DNA from: a virus | Taxonomy: Duplodnaviria; Caudoviricetes | Direction: 5' to 3' (one strand) | Length of the DNA: 34,073 nt | IMG/VR virus record: IMGVR_UViG_3300025801_000014 | Span: 1 to 34,073 of that record | In this document: positions 18,996-26,512 of the stretch, piece after piece | How the letters are laid out: the number at the start of each line of letters is the position of its first letter | How positions within the stretch are numbered: the first letter of the stretch is position 1 | Program-made: the position numbers and the translations under genes | The notes under the pieces: model-generated | Database searches by the model: none | Told to the model about the DNA's origin: nothing | Seen by the model: the letters and a program-made list of their open reading frames with translations, nothing else

Positions 18996-19313
18996 TCAGC
19001 CTCCCATCAGCGCGATCTTGTACTTTCGGGCTTCGTCTCCGATGACCTTCGCCGACTCAAAGTGCCGGGAAAGTACCGGGAGTGCCTGCGAAACGGTCGT
19101 GGTGACAGACCCTGCCCGCTGGTTGATCGCGAGCAATGCTTTCGGCTTTACCCCGGTACCGTCTGTGATCTGTCGCGTCATCCCCTCGATCTGTCGGGAT
19201 GTTTCGCTGACGCTCCGAAGGGCCTCTCTGGCCATTTGGAGTTGTCGTGTCAGTAGATCAGATTGCCGCTCGATGGCATTGAGCTGCCCAACGATTTGCG
19301 CGAGCGTTGCCAT
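18996..19313 (-). CDS. Helical coiled-coil hypothetical protein (105 aa; may extend to GTG 19484)
   Basis: AGGAGG RBS before ATG 19313; amphipathic heptads. Confidence 0.7.
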   Translation of the reverse strand: MATLAQIVGQLNAIERQSDLLTRQLQMAREALRSVSETSRQIEGMTRQITDGTGVKPKALLAINQRAGSVTTTVSQALPVLSRHFESAKVIGDEARKYKIALMGG

Positions 19314-19529
19314 TTCTGTCCTCCTAGGTGTGCATGCTATGTCCGTGAAATCGCGGAGTGCTGGACTAGCACTCTGTCCCATTCGCTCGCTTAGCGGACG
19401 GGTATCGATTAAAGTATCGAATTCGTTTCTCAGGCCATCTATCGCGTTCGCGAAAGCGGCGAATGCCTGATCTGGGTCATGCACTGGATGCCCTTCTTGG
19501 AGCCCGGCTCGGGCTATCCACCGCTGGCC

Positions 19530-19557
19530 AGGCAGCCGATCCTAGGGTCGGCTGCCT
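19530..19557 (-). terminator. Hairpin centred on the pentapeptide gene stop codon
   Basis: AGGCAGCCGATC / GGTCGGCTGCCT inverted repeat around the TAG. Confidence 0.5.
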
Positions 19558-20168
19558 GCCGGCCAGATAGTTGTGTCGTCCCACCTGGCCAAGGTCAGGT
19601 CTGCCCGGGTCAGGTCCGCCCGGGTCAGGTCTGCCCCGGTCAGGTCTGCCCCGGTCAGGTCTGCCCGGGTCAGGTTCGCCCCGGTCAGGTCTGCCTCGGT
19701 CAGGTCCGCCCAGGTCAGGTCAGCTCCGGTCATGGTCGCCCGGGCCAGGTCTGCCCGGGTCAGGTTCGCCCAGGTCAGGTCTGCCCGGGTCAGGTTCGCC
19801 TCGGCCATGGTCGCCTCGGTCAGGTTCGCCCGGGCCAGGTCTGCCCGGGTCAGGGTCGCCTCGGTCAGGTTCGCCTCGGCCAGGTTCGCCCGGGCCAGGT
19901 TCGCCCCGGCCATGGTCGCCTCGGTCAGGGTCGCCTCGGTCATGGTCGCCCGGGCCAGGTTCGCCCCGGCCAGGTTCGCCTCGGTCATGGTTGCCTCGGC
20001 CAGGTCCGCCCCGGCCAGGTCCGCCCCGGCCAGGTTCGCCTCGGTCATGGTTGCCTCGGCCAGGTCCGCCCCGGCCAGGTCCGCCCCGGCCAGGTTCGCC
20101 CCGGCCAGGTCCGCCCGGGTCAGGTCCGCCCCGGCCAGGTCAGCGCCTGGTTTGATGATGTAGCTCAT
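19542..20168 (-). CDS. Pentapeptide repeat protein (208 aa)
   Basis: About 38 consecutive A[DNT][LM]xx repeats between MSYIIKPG and TTIWPAGSRP; RBS AGGAGAGAAGAAAGG. Confidence 0.93.
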   Translation of the reverse strand: MSYIIKPGADLAGADLTRADLAGANLAGADLAGADLAEATMTEANLAGADLAGADLAEATMTEANLAGANLARATMTEATLTEATMAGANLARANLAEANLTEATLTRADLARANLTEATMAEANLTRADLTWANLTRADLARATMTGADLTWADLTEADLTGANLTRADLTGADLTGADLTRADLTRADLTLARWDDTTIWPAGSRP

Positions 20169-20201
20169 GGTTTGCCTTTCTTCTCTCCTGCACGTTGTTA
20201 C

Positions 20202-20353
20202 GGTGCCCGCCCGCCCGGTGCCCGCCCGGTGCCCGCCCGGTGCCCGCCCGCCCGGTGCCCGCCCGGTGCCCGCCCGGTGCCCGCCCGCCCGGTGCCCGCC
20301 CGGTGCCCGCCCGCCCGGTGCCCGCCCGCCCGGTGCCCGCCCGGTGCCCGCCC
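20202..20353. repeat. Tandem array of 12 units: GGTGCCCGCCC (11 bp, x7) and GGTGCCCGCCCGCCC (15 bp, x5)
   Basis: Unit starts at 20202, 20217, 20228, 20239, 20254, 20265, 20276, 20291, 20302, 20317, 20332, 20343; one inverted GCGGGCACC at 20359-20367. Confidence 0.97.
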
Positions 20354-20378
20354 GGTGAGCGGGCACCCGGGCACGGAG

Positions 20379-21326
20379 CTACCCGCGGTGGTACTCGGCG
20401 TGCACGGTAGGCACCTGGACCTGAGACCGCAGAATCTCAACCTGGCTACTGGTCAACGTCTCCAGATCAGGACCCAGCATCTCGGCGTGCTCTACGAGGA
20501 CCAGGACCAGACGACCAGTGCTGACCAGCCGTCCGATGGCATCCGCGTACGGCAACGAAGCGGACAACCCTTCCTCGTCGTCGTCATCCTCGGGCGTGAA
20601 ACCCGGACGTGCCGAGGTGGCAGGCACCGTGATGAAGTGGACTTGCTCCCACGCACAGCTGAACCGGAGATCTGAGTATCCGGTGTGCCGCTGGACGACG
20701 TACCGGGTCTCTCCGTCCGACATCACGATCTTCGTGAAGTCGTACAGGCGTCCGTTGATTACCCTTCGCCACCAGGTCATCTGAGCACCGCTCGGAAGCT
20801 CAGCCGGGTAGGCCACGAACCCGCGATCGTGGGTCCCGGGGAGCGAACGGCACGTTTCGATCCCGGTGTCGAGGCATGTCTCAAACACGGCACCGGGCGT
20901 TGAAGTCTCCTTGATAAGCCTCTGGACGGGCTGCCCGTACCGCCCAACGCCGGAGGTCTTCAGGGTGGTGTACCGGTCAATGTCTTGCCCGGTCGCCTTG
21001 CGCTCTACGGCATCCGCGTAGCTGTCGTTGCATCCGGAGTCCTGTGCGTCCAGATGCCTGCGGTGGTTGCCTTCGCAGGAGAGGCAGGGGATGTTTACCC
21101 TGGTGCCGGGGCGGTGGTGGAGCCTGATGCCGTGGGGATCGAGGACTACGTTCACGTATCCGCTGGATACGTTCGTTCCGTCCGTCTTGTCGATCACGGT
21201 CCCTTCGATCATCACTCTTCCGTTGCTGGCCGGGTTGGTCCAGCGGACGTTCATCCGGTAGGGAGCGTGCCGGTAGTGGTCGCTTCCGGCCGGGATGTCG
21301 ATGATGTCGCCGGTCTTGATCTCCAT
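20379..21326 (-). CDS. Hypothetical protein (315 aa)
   Basis: Long ORF with AGAGAGG RBS; first gene of the leftward operon; contains CLSC/His cluster and acidic EDDDDEE stretch; no recognisable family. Confidence 0.75.
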   Translation of the reverse strand: MEIKTGDIIDIPAGSDHYRHAPYRMNVRWTNPASNGRVMIEGTVIDKTDGTNVSSGYVNVVLDPHGIRLHHRPGTRVNIPCLSCEGNHRRHLDAQDSGCNDSYADAVERKATGQDIDRYTTLKTSGVGRYGQPVQRLIKETSTPGAVFETCLDTGIETCRSLPGTHDRGFVAYPAELPSGAQMTWWRRVINGRLYDFTKIVMSDGETRYVVQRHTGYSDLRFSCAWEQVHFITVPATSARPGFTPEDDDDEEGLSASLPYADAIGRLVSTGRLVLVLVEHAEMLGPDLETLTSSQVEILRSQVQVPTVHAEYHRG

Positions 21327-21523
21327 TTCAGTGCCTCTCTGCTCGGGTTGCGAGCACCCAACGTATCACTTCGCAAGTCATGTAACACTCGACTGTGTAT
21401 CGGACTAATTAGCCCAACTGGTCTCCATAGGTAGTACGTTCGGTGGATGCCAAAGTGACCACAAGAGTGAGACGTTATTAGCTCAAGCCGGACAACCGGT
21501 AACACGCGTAACAGGGAGACAAC
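21327..21523. promoter_or_regulatory. Divergent promoter region
   Basis: AT-richer 197-bp gap between divergent operons; TACGTT -10-like hexamers on both strands (21360-21365 minus, 21435-21440 plus); hairpin TGCTCG/CGAGCA at 21340-21356. Confidence 0.6.
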
Positions 21524-22705
21524 ATGCCAACCGATCAACTACGCAGGGTAGATCTTGAGAACATCGCGGAAGCGCTGAGGTCACAACGGACCCGGGCAAC
21601 GGACGTCGTTGTCAGCGGGACTCAGGTACGAGCAAGCGGCGGGATCCTGACCGTTGCCGGGAGCAGCTACCGGCCGAACAGCATCGCCGACGAGGGGATC
21701 TCAACCAAGCTCGACATCCCCCGCGCCTATCTCCGGCGCATGCACGACAGTCACCTGGACCTGTACGACGCCAACATCAATGGATGGCTTGACCGGTACC
21801 CCGGCAAGCTACTCCTACGGCTGCTCGGAGAAGGCCCCTGCAGCGTCTGCCTCGGGTCCGGCGAGATCTGCAAAGACGGCAACTGGAGTTCCTGCCCCGG
21901 ATGCGATGGACCGGGCACGGTCGGGATCGTCCGGGCGGTCCTATCAGACCGCTACCGGGCAATTGACAACTTGGACGTGCTGCTCGCTGCCCTCAGCGGG
22001 ATCCGCCGGGCAGGGGTCACCGGGATCGAAGTCGACGCCGACCTGACCGAGCGGCGTATGTACGTCCGGGTCACCGCACCGAGCATCGCGGCGAACGCCA
22101 GCGGGTTGGTCGCGGAATACAGGGACCCGTACACCGGGCGTCGTGGCTCCCAGCTTCCCCACATGTGGGCCGGCCTGGTCATCACCAACTCGGAGACCGG
22201 AAACGGATCATTTGCGATCACCCCGCGGGTCGTGCTGCAGGTCTGCCGCAACGGGCAGACCATCACCGCGGACGCCATGAGGTCAGTTCACCTCGGCGGA
22301 AGGCTGGACGAGGGGGAAGTGCAGTGGAGCAATGAGACTCTCCAGCGGAATCTTGCGCTGATCACCTCGCAGACCAGCGATGCGGTGGCGAAGTTCCTGA
22401 GTGTCGGATACGTCGAGAAGCAGGTCAAGAAGATCGCTGAGCTTTCCGGCGTTGACCTTCCCGAGCCGGCACCGGTGGTAGAGATGGTCTCGAAGCGGCT
22501 CGGGTTCAACGAGGTTCAGGCAAGCGAGATCCTCAGCGCGTTCGTGCGGGGCGGATCCCCGACCGCTGGCGGAGTGATGCACGCGGTTACCGCGGTGGCC
22601 CAGCGGCAGGACAGCGGGGATACCGCCAGCGAGATGGAGGACAAGGCGCTCAACGCGTTGATGCTTGCGGCCGCGGGGTCCCGTCACCAGCAGATCCGAG
22701 GCTGA
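21524..22705 (+). CDS. DUF932-like protein with inserted zinc-finger-like loop
   Basis: KLDIPRAYLRR, VRAVLSDRYRAIDN, ITNSETGNGS, QVCRNG, VHLGG motifs; RBS GGGAG. Confidence 0.75.
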   Translation: MPTDQLRRVDLENIAEALRSQRTRATDVVVSGTQVRASGGILTVAGSSYRPNSIADEGISTKLDIPRAYLRRMHDSHLDLYDANINGWLDRYPGKLLLRLLGEGPCSVCLGSGEICKDGNWSSCPGCDGPGTVGIVRAVLSDRYRAIDNLDVLLAALSGIRRAGVTGIEVDADLTERRMYVRVTAPSIAANASGLVAEYRDPYTGRRGSQLPHMWAGLVITNSETGNGSFAITPRVVLQVCRNGQTITADAMRSVHLGGRLDEGEVQWSNETLQRNLALITSQTSDAVAKFLSVGYVEKQVKKIAELSGVDLPEPAPVVEMVSKRLGFNEVQASEILSAFVRGGSPTAGGVMHAVTAVAQRQDSGDTASEMEDKALNALMLAAAGSRHQQIRG

Positions 22706-22741
22706 TCGGACAAGGCCTCAACGCGTTGATGCTTGCGGCCG
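22639..22741 (+). repeat. Direct repeat 35/34 bp flanking a 34-bp insert
   Basis: GGACAAGGC(G)CTCAACGCGTTGATGCTTGCGGCCG at 22639-22673 and 22708-22741. Confidence 0.92.
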
Positions 22742-22764
22742 GCAAGAAGTAACAGGACTGGACC

Positions 22765-22804
22765 CCGGGTGCCCGTCGCAGCCTCAGGCGCGGCGGGCAC
22801 CCGG
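22765..22804 (+). terminator. GC-rich intergenic hairpin
   Basis: CCGGGTGCCCGTCGC / GCGGCGGGCACCCGG. Confidence 0.6.
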
Positions 22805-22826
22805 CCGGGTAAGAGAGGGTTGTCTC

Positions 22827-23036
22827 ATGGACAAGGTCTACACGGTGCGTGAAGTCGCCGATCTGATACGGGTAGATCACAGGACGGTGTCCCGATGGTG
22901 CCGCCTTGGGTTGCTGAAGTCGTACCGAACCCCAGGAGGCCACTACCGGATCCGAGACGAAGACGTCATCGGATCCTTCCGAGAGGACAACTCGAAGACC
23001 GGCGCGCAGACGCGCGCCGTAACAGAGAGGTCATGA
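22827..23036 (+). CDS. MerR-like HTH, BldC/excisionase family
   Basis: YTVREVADLIRVDHRTVSRW...SYRTPGGHYRIR; RBS GAGAGGG. Confidence 0.85.
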   Translation: MDKVYTVREVADLIRVDHRTVSRWCRLGLLKSYRTPGGHYRIRDEDVIGSFREDNSKTGAQTRAVTERS

Positions 23037-23037
23037 G

Positions 23038-23847
23038 ATGAGTAGTTTCCTCGCGCCGATCCGGCGGTACGAGACCGCCAAGGGTCACTACTACAAGGAC
23101 GCGGCCGGGCAGAGGGTGCCTGGCGTAACCACGATCATCGGAGACGGATTGCCGAAACCCGCCCTGATCAACTGGGCCGCTAACGCTACCGCTGAACATG
23201 CGGTGGATCAGTGGGATGCGCTGTCAGACCTTCCGCCAGCGAAGCGGCTAAAGCGCTTGCAGGGTGCCCGGTACGAGGAGCGGGATGCGGCCGGTCGGCG
23301 GGGCACCGAGGTGCACCAGGCGGCCGAGAAGCTATCTGCCGGCGAGACGGTCCAGGTCCCGGACGTGATCGCCGGGCACGTCGAGTCGTACGCGCGGTTC
23401 ATGGATGAATTCATGATCGAACCCGTGCATGTTGAGTTCGGGTGCGTGTCCTACCGATGGGGGTACGCCGGGACCGCGGACCTCTGCGCGTGGATGAATA
23501 TCCCGGGCAAGGGCCGCAAGCTTGTCCTCGTTGACCTGAAGACGACGCGGTCAGGGATCTTCGAGGACATCGTATTGCAGCTTGCCGCTTACCGGCTCGC
23601 GGACAAGTGGCTCGTCGAGGGGGAAGAGATCAAACCGGTCAAGGTCGACTACTGTGCTGGTCTGCATATCCGGGCCGATGGCTACGACCTGATCCCGGTG
23701 GAAGCCGGTGAACAGCAGCACAAGCAGTTCCTGTACGTCAAGCAGGTAGGTCGGTTCGTGGCCGGGTTCCGGGATTTGGTTGGCGCTCCGATCGTGCCAC
23801 CGACCACCAGCACCTTCCGGCTGGTCAGAGAGGATCAGAATCGATGA
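23038..23847 (+). CDS. PD-(D/E)XK exonuclease (RecE/Cas4-like phage family)
   Basis: PGVTTI, RGTEVH, YAGTADL, VDLKT, LQLAAY motifs. Confidence 0.88.
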   Translation: MSSFLAPIRRYETAKGHYYKDAAGQRVPGVTTIIGDGLPKPALINWAANATAEHAVDQWDALSDLPPAKRLKRLQGARYEERDAAGRRGTEVHQAAEKLSAGETVQVPDVIAGHVESYARFMDEFMIEPVHVEFGCVSYRWGYAGTADLCAWMNIPGKGRKLVLVDLKTTRSGIFEDIVLQLAAYRLADKWLVEGEEIKPVKVDYCAGLHIRADGYDLIPVEAGEQQHKQFLYVKQVGRFVAGFRDLVGAPIVPPTTSTFRLVREDQNR

Positions 23848-24944
23848 GCATGGACATCGTCCCGACCGATCCGGTCGGACAACTCACACAGCAGCCAGCA
23901 CCCGCGTACTTCCCGGCCGACGCGACAACGGAAGCTCTGGGCCGGCTCAAGGACTGGGTTGTTGCTGCAAGCTCGGCAAGCGCGCTCGTTGCCCCACTGA
24001 TCGATACGCCGTTCATTCCGGCGACGTTCAAGCCGAAGCTCGACCCGCGGGCAACCCCGGAGGATGTCGAACGGGCTCGGAGAGTAGCGATCGCTAACGC
24101 CACCGGCGCCGTGCTTCAGGGCATCACGCTCGGGTTGGATCCGTTGACCAGCTTGCAACAGATCTACGTCGTGCACGGTCGTCCCGGGATGTACGCCAAG
24201 ATGATGGTGGCTCTTGTGCAATCCAAGGGGCATGAGGTATGGACCGAGGACCTCACAGACACCCGGGCCGTTGTCTGCGGCCGGAGGAAGGGCACACAGC
24301 ATCCCGAACGTGTCACTGTGACGATGGATCAGGCACGCCGGGCAGGCTGGGTATCAGCCAACAAGTCGTATGGGACCGTGCCACAGGACATGTTGTGGGC
24401 TCGTGCGGCCGGCCGGGTGTGTGACCGCATCGCGTCGGACGTCATCAAGGGGATAGCAACGGTCGAGCAGCTCAGCGATACGTCCGGCCAGCGGTCGGCA
24501 ACCAGGACGGTGCGTTCACCGAAACAGAAGCCGATCATGGTTGACGCGGAGGAGCCGGACCTTGAATTCGACCAGGACCATCCCGCTGTCTCCGCCAGCA
24601 ACCAGGAAGACAACCCAGCACCGGTGGTCCAGACGCCGGACATCAGCCAGAAACAACGAACCAAAATCATCGCGATGCTGAGGGATCTCAGCATCGGCAA
24701 ACGCAAGGAATGCTTGACTGAGATCAGTTTGATCATCGGCCGTGACATCGCCAGCACGACTGAGCTGTCCGCGAGCGAGGGCATCCGGATCATCGACGAG
24801 CTTGATCGGAGGCTGGCGAAGCTGCAGGAACCGGAGGCTGCGCCAGAACCGGTGCTTACCGAGGAACCGGCCGGAGACCAGCCATACGAGGTAGGCCCGG
24901 AGGAGTGGCCCGTCGTGGCCGAAGTCCCTACCGAGGACAGCTGA
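23844..24944 (+). CDS. RecT-like ssDNA annealing protein
   Basis: Follows the exonuclease; LGLDPLTSLQQIYVVHGRP, TMDQARRAGW, PQDMLWARA, ASDVIKG motifs; acidic tail. Confidence 0.8.
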   Translation: MSMDIVPTDPVGQLTQQPAPAYFPADATTEALGRLKDWVVAASSASALVAPLIDTPFIPATFKPKLDPRATPEDVERARRVAIANATGAVLQGITLGLDPLTSLQQIYVVHGRPGMYAKMMVALVQSKGHEVWTEDLTDTRAVVCGRRKGTQHPERVTVTMDQARRAGWVSANKSYGTVPQDMLWARAAGRVCDRIASDVIKGIATVEQLSDTSGQRSATRTVRSPKQKPIMVDAEEPDLEFDQDHPAVSASNQEDNPAPVVQTPDISQKQRTKIIAMLRDLSIGKRKECLTEISLIIGRDIASTTELSASEGIRIIDELDRRLAKLQEPEAAPEPVLTEEPAGDQPYEVGPEEWPVVAEVPTEDS

Positions 24945-25129
24945 TGGGCACGAAAGGGAGAGCCTGCGACGGGAAGACCAAGTACACAACCCATGAGGCA
25001 GCCATCGCGGCGATCGACCGGATGGTCACGCAAGGGGCAGCCGAGGCCGCACAGCAGGCCTACCGGTGCAAGCACTGCGGGTCTTGGCACACCGGCCACA
25101 TCAGCCCGAGGAGAAGGAAGACCCGATGA
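24944..25129 (+). CDS. Small zinc-binding protein
   Basis: CDGKTKY...AYRCKHCGSWH; TGATG coupling to the upstream gene. Confidence 0.75.
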   Translation: MGTKGRACDGKTKYTTHEAAIAAIDRMVTQGAAEAAQQAYRCKHCGSWHTGHISPRRRKTR

Positions 25130-25704
25130 CTACCTTCATCGCGATCGACCACTCGTTGACCGCTACCGGCCTCGCCGTGTGGCGCAACCGCCGCATCTGG
25201 GTAACAACCATCAAGACAACCAAACCGAGGGAAGACGCGCACGGTTGGGGCAACGCACCCCGGCACCAGAAGATCGCGGCTGAGGTCCTCTCGTATGTCG
25301 AGCCAGGGGATACCTGCTCGGCGATCGAAGGCCAGATCAAGTATCAGGGGCACGGGACCGCTGACCTGGACCTCGCGGCCCTACGGGCAGTGCTGGTCTA
25401 CCGGCTCGCGGCCCGTCGGGTACCCGTCGCCTCGCCGCACCTTACCCATGTCAAGGTGTACGCCACCGGAAAAGGCAACGCCAGCAAGGACGACGTCGTC
25501 AGCGCAGCGCGCACGCATGGTTTCGCGCCTAAGAACGACAACGAGGCTGACGCAGTGTGGATCCTGACGATGATGCTCGACGCCTACCGGAAGCCCATAG
25601 TCAGGATGCCAGACCGCAACCGGGCCGCTATCGCCAAGACAACATGGCCCGTGTTCATCCCGGAGCCGAGCGGCGCCGGGACCGAAGAGAAGGGTGATCA
25701 CTGA
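25126..25704 (+). CDS. ruvC: RuvC-like Holliday junction resolvase
   Basis: IAIDHSLTATG, AIEG, VKVYATGKGNASKDDV, DNEADA motifs. Confidence 0.9.
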   Translation: MTTFIAIDHSLTATGLAVWRNRRIWVTTIKTTKPREDAHGWGNAPRHQKIAAEVLSYVEPGDTCSAIEGQIKYQGHGTADLDLAALRAVLVYRLAARRVPVASPHLTHVKVYATGKGNASKDDVVSAARTHGFAPKNDNEADAVWILTMMLDAYRKPIVRMPDRNRAAIAKTTWPVFIPEPSGAGTEEKGDH

Positions 25705-26081
25705 TGGTTGTCAACATCTCAGGAACGTTCCGGAAGGACGAGAGGGAGTCCAACGGCCTTGAGGCCATCCGTCTTGACCTGGTGGAGCACGGCCTAGCCC
25801 GGAGAGTCGTGGTGGGCCTGGTCGAGACCAAGTTCGTGAAGACGGATGTCCAGGACGGCGGCACCAGGGTGCCAACGGTCAAGTTCGTGGCCATCGAACC
25901 ACTCACCGGGGCATCCGCAGACAAGGCCCGGGAGATGCTTGACGAGGCACGCCGGGAACGCACCGGACAGATGACCCAACCATCGCTGATGGATGAGGTC
26001 TACGAAGACGACCAGGACGAAATGGACCTCGACGAGGAAAGCCGGATCGGAAGCCCAGACTTCAGCGAACCGGAACTGTAG
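25704..26081 (+). CDS. Hypothetical protein with acidic tail
   Basis: TGATG coupling; 125-aa ORF in operon. Confidence 0.75.
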   Translation: MVVNISGTFRKDERESNGLEAIRLDLVEHGLARRVVVGLVETKFVKTDVQDGGTRVPTVKFVAIEPLTGASADKAREMLDEARRERTGQMTQPSLMDEVYEDDQDEMDLDEESRIGSPDFSEPEL

Positions 26082-26088
26082 ATCACCT

Positions 26089-26123
26089 CGGGTGCCGCCC
26101 CGCAGTGGACGGGGCGGCACCCG
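26089..26123 (+). terminator. GC-rich intergenic hairpin
   Basis: Perfect 14-bp stem CGGGTGCCGCCCCG / CGGGGCGGCACCCG. Confidence 0.65.
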
Positions 26124-26143
26124 GCCCGGGAAAGGGAGCCACC

Positions 26144-26512
26144 ATGGAAGCCCCTCAACCAACCGCACTTATCAAAAGCGCAAGGCACGAAGGATTATAC
26201 AAGACGATTATCGACCGGTCTGGATACTGGGTCAACGATGCCGCTTGGCTACGCGCCAGGGCCGCTGATGAGGTGATCGGAACCTGCCGACAGTGCGGAG
26301 AGGGGTACCTGACCCCAGACCCTACCCCGCCGGTTAACCACGAAACCGGCGAAGAATTGAAACTCTCGTGGTATTCGGCGACGTGCCAGACGTGCGGGCA
26401 TGAGGTCGCGCTACCGAACGGGAAGGTCCTCCGGGAATCCAGCCGTAATCGCGAGATACCTGGCGGATGGTGGAAAGCCCGCAATACCACGCTCAAGGGC
26501 CGTGATAGTTGA
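26144..26512 (+). CDS. Zinc-ribbon hypothetical protein
   Basis: CRQCG and CQTCG pairs; AAGGGAG RBS. Confidence 0.7.
   Translation: MEAPQPTALIKSARHEGLYKTIIDRSGYWVNDAAWLRARAADEVIGTCRQCGEGYLTPDPTPPVNHETGEELKLSWYSATCQTCGHEVALPNGKVLRESSRNREIPGGWWKARNTTLKGRDS

Noticed and set aside
18994-19014. Alternative source for the 22674-22707 insert (shared GAGGCTGATC)
   Set aside because: Only a 10-bp exact match; compatible with chance
20202-20353. Array as a CRISPR or TIGR-type guide array
   Set aside because: No unique spacers; only 11/15-bp length variants
20169-20366. N-terminal extension of the pentapeptide ORF through the array
   Set aside because: A good RBS precedes ATG 20168; the extension is only translated repeat
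19479-20675. Long + strand ORFs (398, 194 and 196 aa) with GQVRP-type repeats
   Set aside because: Stop-free shadows of the pentapeptide gene and tandem array on the opposite strand
23038-23847. Cas4 of a CRISPR locus
   Set aside because: No four-Cys Fe-S cluster pattern; paired with an annealase, so treated as a recombination exonuclease
25126-25704. TnpB/IscB/Tas-like RNA-guided RuvC
   Set aside because: 192 aa with standard resolvase motifs and no extra RNA-binding or Nop domain
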